A stretch of 64,000 nt of DNA. Origin: Heteronotia binoei. Taxonomy: Eukaryota. The notes beneath the pieces were generated by a model, which was not told where the DNA came from, did not search any database, and was given only the letters and a program-made list of their open reading frames with translations. Positions 50,230 to 63,262 of the stretch are shown here, piece after piece. Each line of letters begins with the position of its first letter. Position 1 is the stretch's first letter. A program made the position numbers and the translations under genes. The stretch spans positions 42,842,001 through 42,906,000 of the forward strand of contig NC_083224.1 in the NCBI RefSeq assembly GCF_032191835.1. Reading direction: 5' to 3'.

Positions 50230-52338
50230 GTCTAGCGGTTAAGTGTGTGGACTCTTGTCTGGGAGAACTGGGTTTGATTCCCCACTCCTCCACTTGCAGC
50301 TGCTGGAATGGCCTTGGGTTAGCCAAAGCTCTCGTAGGAGTTGTCCTTGAAAGGGCAGCTTCTGGGAGAGCTCTCTCAGCCCCACCTACCTCATAGCATG
50401 TTTGTTGTGGGGGAAGAAGATAAAGGAGATTGTTAGCCGCTCTGAGTCTCTGATTCAGAGAGAAGGGCGGGGTATAAATCTGCAATAATAATTCTTCTTC
50501 TTCTTCCTCCTCCCCAAACCCTGCCTTCTCCTGGATCCACCCCCAAAGTCTCTAAGTATTTTACCTAGCTTTGTCAAAACTAGATAAAGCCATCGTCTTT
50601 CTTTGGGGGGGGGGCAGTAAACCAGCTCTCTTCTTTGGCCTTCTCCTGTTTTTGCATATTTGGAAGTTCTGAGCTTCAAACTGAAAGTTGGTCCAGGTTG
50701 CAGATTTCACACATTCCCACCATTTGATGGGCATCTTCACTGGGAAGGGATAAAGCTCTTGCAGTCGCATCAATCTAACTTGGTAATGACTGTTCAGGAA
50801 TTAGGTACTCATTACGGGCTTCCTTTTACGTCACCACGCCGTCTTCTCCATTCTCTTCTCTGGAGCTCCTATGGTAGCTGGCAGGAATGCAAACAAAACT
50901 CTGCAAATATGCCCTGATTTCCTGCCCTACTTGGAAAGTTCAGGTCAGCTGACAGGGACGTTAGCTAAGCAAACATTAGCTCCATGCAAAAATAACAAGA
51001 CTTATAGGAATAAAATCACTTTCTCCTCAGAAGGCTCTCAGGAAAGTGCAAAAGAACTGTCGTCAGCTCCTGGGAATATTTCCTTCTTTAACAATACTGC
51101 CACCTCAGGAGTCTTAAACTAGTTTAAGGACTAGAACATCCAACAAACCAATAAAATAGCAAGGAAGGCTGTTTTCCTATACAGAAAAAAGTAATGCTCA
51201 TGCAGTTCTCAAAACAGTATCCTTCAGGATTTCAAGCAAGTAAAGACCAAACTGTGGTGGAGAGGAGATCCATATTATTAATCCATGTGGGGTTGCTAGA
51301 TCCACTGGCAGCCCTTCAGCCTCTTCCTGCCTCAGTAGGCTGGCAGGGGGAAAATAAGGGGATAGAATCGCTGTTGTATCAATGGTGTGACATTATTTCT
51401 GAAGTGATGTTATGCTGCTCTAAGATTCAGTGGGAACTCTATGGCTTTTCTGATGGATCCTAGGCTGGCATGATGTTGCTTCCAGGTTTATCCCAGAATG
51501 ATGTCATATCATCAATTTAATGGTACCCCCTTATGTCCCTGACCCCTCCCGGCTCTCTACCAGGTGCCAGTCACTGGCTGACAATCCTAAGAGCCATCCA
51601 ATTCATATGTAAAGTGGATGGGGAGTATTTTTTTTTCTTCACAGAACAGAGTGTGGGGATAAAGGGAGTTCCCACCTCTGCATTACCTTGGTGTGATGAG
51701 TTACTTGGACCAGCCTGACTCTGATAATGGATGTAAGATGGGCTGGAAGAACAATCTTGCAAAGAATAGAGTCCAGAGAAATAAGATGGGAGATGGGTAG
51801 GCTTTCTGTCCCTTCATCCCTTGCTCAGTTTTCGGTCAAAAGAAAGTAGACCTCTCACTCATTTTGCATATGAATTGGAGGACATGTGAATAAATACATG
51901 TGGATCCCTGTTCCCACTTCTGCCATCATGTAAAGTCTGGCACTTAGAATTGCTTTTCTAAATTATGTAAAATCAAGGCTGCTCCCACGTGCGAATGTTT
52001 CCTTGCATGCAAGAAGACGCACAATTTAACCTTCACAAAAAATACAGACAAGTTCCACCCATGATTCCCCCCCCCCCCCAGCATCATGAGTTTCTAATTT
52101 TTGTTGTTGTGTTGTTTTAAGGTTTCAGTCCTCATTTCAATCCTGGCAGTTTGTTTTGCTAAGGAAGAATTCCTTGGAGAAATGTACCTTTCCTAAATAT
52201 GCAGAACAAATTGCAGTGTTCAAACATGGAGTTGTCAGATTCCCTCACTAATCTGAAACGATGGCTCTGCCACAGGTCTGATGCCTCGTTCTGAGTTGTT
52301 CCATGATCTCTGCTTTGTCTGAATGTTGTTGGCTGCAG

Positions 52339-52590
52339 ATGAGGAGGGAGATGACAGCTGCGAAGTGAATGGAAAGATCTATCAAGATGGTGAAGCATTC
52401 CAGCCGACCTGTAAACACCAGTGCTATTGTTCAGAGGGAGGTGTGACCTGCGTCCCCCTCTGTAGCGAGGATGTCCGACTCCCCACTCCAGACTGCCCCC
52501 ATCCAAAGCGTGTGGAAGTCCCGGGGAAGTGTTGTCCAGAATGGATTTGTGAGAGGCAAGACAGACAGGTCTTTCAGGATGCCATGGCAG
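52339..52590 (+). CDS. CCN5: CCN5 coding exon 3 (VWC domain)
   Basis: Acceptor ggctgcag|AT. Encodes (Y)[70 protein letters not shown]. Donor G|gtaaag, 252 nt; phases fit the flanking exons. Confidence 0.97.
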
Positions 52591-53105
52591 GTAAAGCTCA
52601 CAGGCCCTGATCTGCATTTGTGGCAGGTCTTTTGCTGTCTGAGCTCCAGTTAACAACTTCAGCAAAATGTCACACATGTATGGCAGAAGTCCCAAATTCA
52701 AGTTCTAGCATTTCATTTTCCTTTTGAATTCTGAAAGACTTTTACAATGGTTCTATTTACAAAATAAATAAATTTCACAAGCATTCACAAAAGCCCGAAA
52801 AATCTCCTTGGTCATCAGGGCTTAGAGGAGTCATCTTCAAATGAGAACTATGCTCAGGTGATGTGTGCAGAATATGATGAGACAGAACAGGGATTTATTC
52901 TGAGATTTAACTATATTAATCAAGGTCTGAATGGGGATTTTGGATTCTTCTCTTTCTATGAGGAGGATGGAGGAAAATGTCTTGTCCTGAATAGAGGCTT
53001 AGCATATGGAAATGAGCAGTTGAAGCTTTTCATGTAAATAACATCATTTCAACTTGGTAAATAACATCCCAATAAGCCTCCCTCTCTCTCTCTCTCCTTA
53101 TTCAG

Positions 53106-53308
53106 CACAAAGGCTGTCTGGAACAGCATCGATAGCTTTCCCCTTTCCGTGTGAAGAGTGGAGCACAGCATGGTCAGCCTGCTCTACGACCTGCAACGTG
53201 GGGATTTCAACACGAGTGTCTAACCAGAATAGGTACTGCAGACTTGAGACCCAGAGACGCTTGTGCTTCCTCAGACCTTGCTTAGGTCTTGGGAGAACTG
53301 CCAGCTTG
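53106..53308 (+). CDS. CCN5: CCN5 coding exon 4 (TSP1 domain)
   Basis: Pyrimidine tract and ttcag|CA. Encodes ...[44 protein letters not shown]. Strong donor TTG|gtaagt at 53309 (phase 0); unspliced read-through would stop at 53344. Confidence 0.95.
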
Positions 53309-54467
53309 GTAAGTGATGGACTTTGGTTTAAAACCAACCACTGATTTTAGCAGACAGTGCAGAGGCCAGCTGGCTTGTTTTGACACTTGAACACATATAT
53401 GAACACATGAAGCTGCTTTAGATTGAATCAGAGCCTTGGGTCATCAAAGTCAGTATTGTCTACTCAGACCAACACCAGTTCTCCAGGCACCCAGGCAGAG
53501 AGGTCTTTCACATCACCTCCTACGTGATCTGTTCAACTGGAAATGCTGGAGATTGGATTTGGGACCTTCTTGGGACTTGGGAGAGCCAGTTTGGTGTAGT
53601 GATTAAGTATGCAGACTCTTATCCTGGGTTAGCCATAGCTATCACAGGAGTTGTCCTTGAAAGGGCAGCTGCTATGAGAGCCCTCTCAGCCCCACCCACC
53701 TCACAGGATGTCTGTTGTGGGGGGAGAAGATATAGGAGATTGTAAGCCACTCTGAGTCTCTGATTCAGAGAGAAGGGCAGGGTATAAATCTGCAGTCTTC
53801 TTCTTCTGCATGCCAAGCAGATGCTCTGCCACTGCCCTTCATTTGGCAGCCCAATAGGGTTGCTATCTCTGGGATGGGAAATACAAAATGATTATCTGCC
53901 TCCTGCCTCAGCAAGCTCAGCTCCAGGTGAGTTTATGATGGGGAAAGAATCTCACAGCTGAGGCATCCTAATAGAAAAGGTCCTAGCTTGAATCCAGTGA
54001 CCCTTTCCAAAATGGAGCTAAAAATGCCTCCCAATGCTGCTCCTAGGGACAGGGTTGCCAGTTCCGGGCTGGAAAATTCCAGAAGATTTGGGAATGGGGC
54101 CCAGATAAGGTGGGATTTAGGGAGGAGAGAGACCTCAGCTGCATATACTGCCATAGAGTCTAACCTCCAATGCAGACATTTTCTCTAGGGGAGCTGACCT
54201 CTGTTGCCTAGAGATTAGTTGTAATTTGGGGAGAACCCCCAGCTCCCACCTGGAGGTTGGAAGGAGCCTTATGGGGAGAGACCAATCCCATGCAACATTT
54301 CAGGGGTCATTTAGAACTGCTGTGGGAGGGAGGAGGTGAGAAAGTTGCATTCTTCAGGCAGAAACAGCTCTGCCTACAGAAATGCTTTGTTGGATTCAAG
54401 CCCCTGTTGCTCCCACAGACTGCTGTCAGGATAGGGACTCTGAGCAAGACTTCCTGATTTGATTCTT

Positions 54468-57400
54468 ACATTTACATTTACATTTATATTTTTATTTTTA
54501 TATTTTATTCAATTTATATCCTGCCCTCCCAGCCCAACCAGGCTCAGGGCAGCTCACAACACAAGATCCCAAGAACAATAGATAAGTAGTATTAAAATAC
54601 ACATTCAATAATAAATAACAATAATTAAAACAGTTGAAACAGAAAACAGATTATTAAATTGGTGCTATTCTGATGGCGGCGGCCCTCTTCCATGGCTCTT
54701 AAATACTGGTGGCAGTCAATTGTATGCCAGCTGGAAGAAGGCAATCTTGCAGGCCTTGCGGAACTGTGCAAGGTTCCGCAAGGCCCTTACTTCATCTGGT
54801 AATTGGTTCCACCAGCAGGGGGCTATGATTGAGAAGGCCCTATCTCAAGTTGATTTCAATCGGGCCTCCTTTGGCCCAGGGATTACGAACAGGTTTTGAG
54901 ATCCCAATCTAAGTACTCTCTGGGAAACATGTAGGGAGAGATGGTCCCTAAGGTAGGCAGGTCCTAGGCCATATAGGGCTTTAAAGGTAATAACCAGCAC
55001 CTTGTAACAAACCCGGTATACTATTGGCAGCCAGTGCAGTTCCCAGAGCCCCGGCTATATGTGCTCCCACCTGGGGAGCCCCAGTAACAGCCGGGTGGCC
55101 GCGTTCTGCACTAGCTGCAACTTCCAGGTTCAGCACAAGGGTAGCCCCATGTAGAGGGCACTACAGTAGTCCAACCTCGAGGTGACCGTTGCATGGTTCA
55201 CTGTTGCCAGGTCGCCATGTTCCAAGAAGGGGACCAACTGCTTTGCTCGCCTAAAATGGAAAAACGTGGATTTAGCAGTGGCTGCTATCTGGGCCTCCAT
55301 TGTTAAGGCAGGCTCCAGTAGTACCCCCAAGCTCTGGACCTTGTGCGCCGTTGCCAGTGGTGTACCGGGAAAGGCCGGTAGGGGGATTTCCCTTCCTGGA
55401 CTGCCATGACTCAAGCAAAGGACCTCTGTCTTCACTGGATTAAGCTTCAATCTACTCAGCCTAAGCCATCCAGGCACAGCTTGTAGTGCCAGGTCCAAAT
55501 TTTCTGGGACACAATCAGGCTGGCTGTCCATCAGTAGATAGAGCTGGGTGTCATCAGCATACTGGTGACAACCCAACCCATACCTCCGGGCAATCTGGGC
55601 AAGGGGGCGCATATAGATGCTGAACAACATCGAGGAGAGCACCACCCCCGAGGCACTCCGCAATCAAGCGCGTGTCTCCAGGACAGTTCACCCCCAATCG
55701 CCACCCTTTGTCCCCAACCATCAAAGAAAGAGGAAAGCCATTGCAAGGCCAACCCCTGAATCCCTGCATCGGTGAGACAGCAGGTCAGCAACTGATGGTC
55801 GACCATATCGAATGCTGCCGATAGGTCCAACAGCATCAGTACCGCCGAGCCGCCTCGATCCAGATGCCGCTGGAGGTCATCCACCAGGGCGACCAACACT
55901 GTCTCCGTCCCATGGCCTGAGTGAAAGCCGGACTGGTGGGGGTCTAAAACGGAAGCATCATCCAGGAAGCTCTGTAGCTGTGACGTCACTGCTCTCGCAA
56001 TAATTTTACCCAAAAAGGGTAAATTCAAGACCAGCCGGTAATGTGCCAATTCGGCCGGATCTAGTGTTGATTTTTTCAGGAGAGGGTGGACCATGGCCTC
56101 TTTAAGAGGTGTTGGAAAACGCCCTTCCACAAGGGATCTATTTACGATATCCCGTATAGGATTTCTGAGTTCCCTCTGGCAAGCTTTAATAAGCCAGGAG
56201 GGGCAAGGGTCCAGATCACAAGTTGTAGGGCATGCAGTAGAGAGGATCCTGTCAACTTTCTCTAGGCTGAGTGTATTGAAGCAATCCAGAACAAAACCAG
56301 AAGACAGGCACGGGGCCTCGAGTTCACGTACTGTCTCCAATGCGGCGGAGAGGTCGTGGTAGAGCGATGAGATCTTATCTGCAAAAAAGTTTGCAAAAGC
56401 CTCACAGCCAATCTCCAATTCCTTAGAATTTGGCCTGCCTTGTGGCAGTATTGTAAGAGTCTGAATTGTGTTGAACAATTGTGCTGGGCGCAAAATTGCA
56501 GACACAATCTTGGCCGCAAAGTAAGTTTTCTTTGTGGCTTTGACTGCCATCTCATAGGCCCTCATAAACTCTCTATAAGATGTTCTAGTCGCTTCGTCTT
56601 GAGTACGCCGCCATTGCCTCTCTAGCCGTCTGAGTCCTCACTTCATCTGCCGCAACTCCAGGTTATACCATGGTGCTGACTTAGAGCGAGGGCTCAGAGG
56701 ACGCCGAGGTGTGATCTCGTCGATGGCTCTGAAGAGTCTATCATACCAAGACTCCATCAAGTCATCCAGGGAATCGCCAGGAGGCCAGGAATCCCGTAGA
56801 GCCATTTGGAACCGTTCCAGGTCCATCTGGCTCCGTGGGCAAGCTAAAATACGCTCACCACCTAAACAGGCTTGGGGTGGGACATCCACACGAGCCTTGA
56901 GGGCATTGTGGTCCAACCATGGCACTGCTTCGGTATTAATACCGTCCACTAAAACTCCTGCCGCAAAGATCAAGTCTAACATGTGCCCCGCCTGGTGAGT
57001 GGGCGTTGTAACAATTTGGGAGAGTCCCAGTGTCGCCATGGATGACACTAGGTCCATCGCCTGACTGGAGGTCGCGTCATCGGCATGAACATTGAAGTCA
57101 CCCAGGATCAAAAGCCTTGGGTACTCCAGTGCCCAGCCTGTTACGGCCTCCATCAGGGACGGTAAGGTGCCGGCCGATGCGTTAGGCGGACGGTACAACA
57201 GCCAGATTGCCAACCCCTCCCCAACGTCCCACACCAGACCGGCACATTCAATACCCTTAATCTCTGGGGCTGGGAGAGCCCAGAAGGAGTAAGCGTCTTG
57301 TATGAATAGAGCCACCCCTCCCCCCCACCCACTAGTCCATGATTGGTGAAAGACTGAGTATCCTGGGGGAGCCATTTGGGAGAGAGCTACAGTCTCCCCA

Positions 57401-57560
57401 TCCCGCACCCAGGTCTCTGTCACGCAAGCCAGGTCCACATCCTGCTCAAGCAAGAAATCCCGAAGGATTGAGGTCTTATTATTTATGGACCTGGCGTTGC
57501 ATAACACCAATGACGGAGGCAAGTGATTCAACCTGATGGCTCGTTAATTGTAAAAAACTC
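54468..57560 (-). mobile_element. L2-type LINE with near-complete but disrupted ORF2 (endonuclease plus RT), antisense in CCN5 intron 4
   Basis: 56638-57531 encodes an AP endonuclease (LCNARSINNK, CVTETW, LGDFN). 55130-56565 encodes RT (LLDLSAAFD, QYADDTQLY). Frameshifts and stops are present, along with a 3' tail. Confidence 0.93.
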
Positions 57561-57845
57561 TCCCAGCTAATTACCCTCCCCCAATTAATTTGCCAAAAAT
57601 ATAAAATCCATCAAATAGCCAATCAATTAGCCAAGAATCCAAAATTAGTTAACCAATAAAATTACATTGACAATCAATATAGCAGTCAGCAATTACCTGA
57701 CATACAGATTCATAAGAGGGCAGGGCAGGCCATCCTTCCAGCACCCTGGTCCTAACTGGTTTAGGATTTTACAGATAATAATCAGCATTTTGATTGGGGG
57801 CCCAGAAGCAAATTCGCAGCAGTGTAGATCTTCTGAGACATACAT

Positions 57846-58188
57846 TCATAGAATCATTGAGTTGGAAGGGACCTCTTGGGTCATCTAATCCAACCACCTG
57901 CACATTGCAGAAAATTCATAAATACCTCCCCCCGCCATATCCAGTGACTCCTGTTCCACACATAGATTATGCCCCCCCCCCCAAAAAAAACCCCTTCCAG
58001 GATCCCTGGCCAAACTGGCCTGGAGAAAAATTGCTTCCTGACCCCAAAGGGTCAAACAGCATTTCCCTGGGCGTGTAAGAAAGGGCCACAAGAACGAAGC
58101 ACTGATGCAACCCTTCCTGCTCTCCTTCTCATGATCTGCCTAAGTTCACAGAATTGGCATTGCTGTCAGATGGCCATCTAGCCTCTGA
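57846..58188 (-). mobile_element. CR1 3'-end fragment (similar at 26425-26557 +, 36566-36690 -, 59627-59715 -)
   Basis: catagaatca...gagttggaagggacc is the reverse complement of the CR1 3' terminus with its (ATTCT)-type tail. Confidence 0.75.
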
Positions 58189-60229
58189 TGTTTTCTGTTA
58201 CTCACACCCACCTACCAGCATTCTAGTTGTTCATTCAGTACTGGTCTTCAAGGGCTGCTCCAACTATACAGCATTGAGAATATGGAGAACTGAGAGAAGA
58301 ATGTTGGGATGACCTTGAGGTAGCAGTAAGTTGAAGTAGACATCACAGAGAGAAAACCCTACTGCCATTTTCAGAGATATCCATGGGTTCTGTAATGTCA
58401 TTCTGCCCTCAGAATTGCCAGAATCTGAGGGAAGACAGGGGAATAGTTCCCCACCCCCCACCAAATGCTAGCTTGAGACAATCTTCAGCCTCCTTTCTCC
58501 CTAAGTTCTTTATGTGTCCCTTTATTTATGTGCTGAAGGCCTGATACTGAAAGAGACATTTTCCTTGAGGGAGGTAGAAATTGTCCCAGCAAAATCAATA
58601 CTTGCAATTTAACTGCCAAGATCTATAAGTGGCCGAATCCCAGAATAGCAATGGACCACCCATGACCCAAAAATACAATAGCTTGATTTATAAGCATTGC
58701 TAGAACTAAATAAGCTGCCTGACTGGATTTAAATGGGCCTGCTTTGAGAACAGATTCTTTCCTGCCTGACTGAGGTGATTCTAGTTCTGCCTGTATAGCT
58801 TCCCAAATGAGGACAGTTTCCTTTTAGGAAAGAAACATGAAGTATGAAGTGTTGTAAGGATACTTTTCAAATACTGGATGGGGCAATGCATACCTTTGAT
58901 AGGGAACCCAGATTTTTGTGAGCATGCATCTGGCAGGTACTGAATTGGAAAATATGTACATAGCCCTGTTCACACAAAATGGCAACTGGACATATTGGCA
59001 AGACTGCTGGCACTGAGCAATCTCATTATGTGAGATTTGATTTGATTCGATTTTGATTTATTCGAGGCTTCTGGATTTGATTTATTTGAGAATTATTTAT
59101 TGAGGCTTCTGGAATGCCAAAACTGTAACTACTGAATGGAGCTTGAATGTCAAAAACAGTAACATATGACAATTCTGTCCACCAAATGAATAGAGGAAAC
59201 AAACAGGCTGAATAGACTGCTTGAGTGGAACAGAAAGGAAATGACAGGAAGCCCAAAGCAAGAGAAATGCAGAGGCACGTGTTGTGTGACCCCCTGTGGC
59301 AATGTAAAAGGAAGTGATGGACCATGGATAGTTTTCAGAATTCCTACTTACATATTGGTTTTGACATTTTCTGTGCTCTGTCAAATGAAAGGAAAACTGA
59401 CACTGACCAAAATGAATAGTTTGCTTAAAAGTGGCTATCTTCCATTTTCTATATTACATTGTCAGCATCCTCCCTAACAAATTGTAGACTAAAATTTTAC
59501 TGATTAATTGATATGTGTTCATACTGCTCTTTATTTGACAAGGGAAATTAAGGTCAAGAATGGAAATGAAAATCAATTACTGTTCAGTTTCACATACCAG
59601 TTGAACTAGTAAACAAACATCAACCATAGAATCACAGAGTTGAGCCATACAGGCCATCTAGTTCAACCCTCTGCTCAATGCAGGATCAGCCTAGAGCATC
59701 CCTGACAAGTGTATAGAATCACCACTTAATCCTTTATTTTCCTACCATTTGTTTATTTGAAATCACCCTCCCCAAATACCTTTTCTTTCCATAGAGGTCC
59801 ACATATGGTTTATTGTTTTTTTTCTATGAAGAGAAAAGAAACTTGTTAGGGTCAATTGTGAGTGAACAAATGAAAGACGGAAAGCCTCTGTCTTTTTTTA
59901 CTCCAACCTAAGACTGCTTTTCAATTATGTAAAAAGAGGTTGAGAGATTGTTGACACATCTAATGTCTTGTGTGGTCCTAAATCTCTCATTCCATTGTTT
60001 GTTCTCAGAAAACATGCAAAAAAACTATTTATGTTTATCCCACCCTTTCTCCAAAGAGATCAGGGGAGCTTCCTGCCATTTTCTCTTCACAGAAATTCTG
60101 TGAGGCAGAGTAGGCTTCGGAACAGTGACTGGCTCAAGGTTACCCAGCAAACTTCATGGCAGAGAGAGGATTTGAAAATGGATCTCCTAGTTCTTGGTGT
60201 GATTCTCTAACTATTACACTCCACTTTAT

Positions 60230-60281
60230 GCTCTCTCTGTCTCTCTGTCTCTCTCTCTCTCTGTCTCTGTCTCTCTCTCTG
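60230..60281 (+). repeat. (TC)/(TCTCTG)n microsatellite, also the pyrimidine tract of putative exon 5
   Basis: Read directly; it ends at the gcag acceptor. Confidence 0.9.
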
Positions 60282-60284
60282 CAG

Positions 60285-60308
60285 AGAGGAAGAGGAAACC
60301 AGTTGTAA
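60285..60308 (+). CDS. CCN5: Putative CCN5 coding exon 5 (RGRGNQL*), start of the terminal exon
   Basis: About 50-nt pyrimidine tract ending in tgcag|AGAGGAAGAGGAAACCAGTTGTAA, in phase 0 with the exon-4 donor. The total CDS is 753 nt (250 aa). No transcript evidence is available. Confidence 0.7.
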   Translation, partial: RGRGNQL

Positions 60309-61449
60309 ACTGATCCGTTCCATGCAGAAGTTGATATATTGACCTTATCCCAGCAGCTGGATCAAGCACACGCCCAAGTTGCTCTTGTTCTGTGGTAAAG
60401 GGAACATCGCTTAGGAACAGAGAAGAAGAAACAACGGGCTTTAGCTGGAAAGGAGCTAGAAGATGAAAGACCAGCCCCTCATCATGGCCGACGTGTCTTC
60501 CTCCCCTTGATTCTACTGCCATTCCACTAGAACGTGTTATTGTTCAGTGAGAGAAGGGCACAGGTTTTATACTGTACAATGCTGATGTGTTTATTACCAG
60601 CTTGTGGCTACATTATTATAAATCAACCCACTGGGAAGGGGGGAAGCAAGACATGATGCTTTGCAGCTGCTGTAATTCAAGAAAACATGTCCTGTTATTC
60701 TCTCTGTGTTATTTCTTCACTGAAGAATTCTAGTGACCCAGCAGGTGAAAGAGCTGCCATTTTTTTCCACCATAGGTTGTTTCTTAGAAATAAACAAATG
60801 CAATCACAAACTGCCTGAGGATGGATTGACCAGAGTTTCATTCAAGGGAACCAACCTGAATATTAACATTTATTGACAAATCTTAATTACATACCAATGA
60901 ATTAGACAGTGGCTTTGGTCCTAAGCAGTGTGAGCACAGACAGGTTGAGGGAGTCAACTTCTTTTCTCCTTCAATGTAGACTTCTTTGCCCCCACCCCAC
61001 CCCACAACTATGCCCCTTCAGGTCAGTGGGTCTGGCCTTAGCTGGAAAGGAGCAAGAAGATGAAAGGCTCTCATCATGACCAACATGTGTCTTCCTCCCC
61101 TTGATTTGACTGCCATTACAATTGACAATGTTATTGTTCAGTCAGAGAAGAGTACAGGTTTTTACTGTACAATGCTGACACACAGCTATGTCCCTTCAGG
61201 TTAGTGGTCCAAAGGGATAGGGGTTGGTTGGCAGGCAAATTGGGGGTGGGGGGTGTCTGCAGAAAATGATCAAAAATCTCCCTTCTCTTCTCCACTGACT
61301 GACCAGGTGTTCTGTCAGAGGAGCTGTTGCGCCAACAGAACAGCATCATAGGTTCCAAGCAGTGGCAGACTGGGTCTAAAAATATTGGTTGCCAGGAAAC
61401 ATAGGGGACCCACCCACAACTCTAAAGCTACCATTTAATTTTTGTAAGA

Positions 61450-61517
61450 AATAAATAAAATGTTCAAAAAATACATCAGTGGAAAAAAGGTACAATTAAA
61501 ACTTTTTGCAAAATAAA
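61450..61517 (+). terminator. Candidate CCN5 polyadenylation signals
   Basis: AATAAA at 61450, 61454 and 61512 in an AT-rich tract about 1.15 kb past the putative exon-5 stop. Confidence 0.35.
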
Positions 61518-62939
61518 TATATTTTAGTACTTACAGTGTACATATATTGAACATATTACTGGCAGTATACAGTAGATACCAAAAGTAAATACAGATTGCA
61601 TTTTCTCCAGGGGAGCTGATCTCTGCCAGCTGGAGATCAGTTGTAAAAGCAGGAGATCCCCAGGCCCTGCCTGGAGGCTGGCAACCCTAAATACAATGCA
61701 AATTTTAGTTGCATTACAGTAATAATACTGAACATATATATGAACATATATGAAGCTGCCTTATACTGAATCAGACCTTTGGTCCATCAAAGTCAGTATT
61801 GTCTTCTCAGACTGGCAGCGGCTCTCCAGGGTCTCAAGCTGAGGTTTTTCACGCCTATTTGCCTGGACCCTTTTTTGGAGATGCTGGGGATTGAACCTGG
61901 GACCTTCTGCTTCCCAAGCAGATGCTCTACCACTGAGCCACCGTCCCTCCTGGAACCGTCCCTACTGGAACTTCTATTATATTTTCAAGCTACTAAAAGG
62001 TCATTAACATTTTTAATATATTGCCTAATGTTTAAGGGGGCCCACTTGCCATTGGGCAAGCTGACACCCTGGCCAGTCCACCACTGGTTCCATCATCATC
62101 ATCATCATCATTTTATTTATATCCCGCCCTCCCCGCCTAAGCAGGATAATGGTTCCAAGGCATTATCTATTATACAAAAGGAATAAGGGGAAAGAGAAAG
62201 TGGGCAGGGAATTTTTTATAACTAAATTGTCCTTAAGCAGATGTAACACAACGTAACTGAGATGTGTGTTTAATCATTTTGGGGAGTTCAGGAGATTTTG
62301 TGGGTCTTGTCTCTCAGTTCATACAAACAAACCAGGAACCAGTACCTGGAAAAACATCCGGTTTCAATCACACATTCAGCCATACATGTGTTGACGGTAA
62401 CATGAGAATGACTCAATGCACATATAAAAATCAAGTGTACAGAAATTGCACATGCATTTATTCTAACTTGTGTATAGGGCTAGCGTCACAGAGAAAGGAG
62501 TGGTTTTTTTATGCATCGGTCATAGAAGTTGAGAAGTAAACCATCTCTCTTTTGTAAAGGAAGGGATATTCACCACCCTCCCATCTGTGCTGCCTCTACC
62601 TTCCAAGCTCTAGCAAGAAAAATGTTGCTTCCATTGCACAGTGGAGGATGTTCTGTAGATAATCTAGACCAGGATGTTTTGATTCCTTTAATTTTTGACA
62701 GTGCAACTGCCATGATCATCTGGAAGCTGGTGGCCTGTTTGAGAACTCCGACCTTTATTTTTTAATGTTATGCCTACTGGAAGCAGACAACTGTCACATC
62801 CCTCGCAAATAGCACAGAGACATTCTGGAGATAATCTGGGCCATGTGCTGTTCTAATTCAGTTCATTTTGGCACTGCATCTTCCATGAGCATCCTGAGAC
62901 TGGTGGCCAGTTTTGAGACTCAGCTTTATGTTGAAATAT

Positions 62940-63262
62940 TAAAGGATTTGGTGTTGGAAGAGAGTTTTATGGAAATTGTGATCCACTGAAAAAACCAATG
63001 TGAGTACTAGATCAAATCAAGCCTGAACTCTCCCTAGAAGCTAAAATGACTCAACTGAGCCTATCATACTTTGGTCCCATTATGAGAAGATAAGAGTCAC
63101 TGGAAAAGACAACAATACAGGAAAAGAGAAAGACATGAGATGGATTGAATCCATAAAGGAAGCCATGGCCCTCAATTTGCAAGACCTGTTAATGATCAAG
63201 CATTTTGGATGTCATTAATTCATAGGGTTGCCATAAGTCAGAAGCAACTGGATGGCACTTTA
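62940..63262 (+). mobile_element. RTE-clade LINE 3' fragment
   Basis: Decayed translation LDQIKPELSLEAKMT.L.LSYFG.IMRR..SLEK followed by a gccataagtcag tail. Confidence 0.75.
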
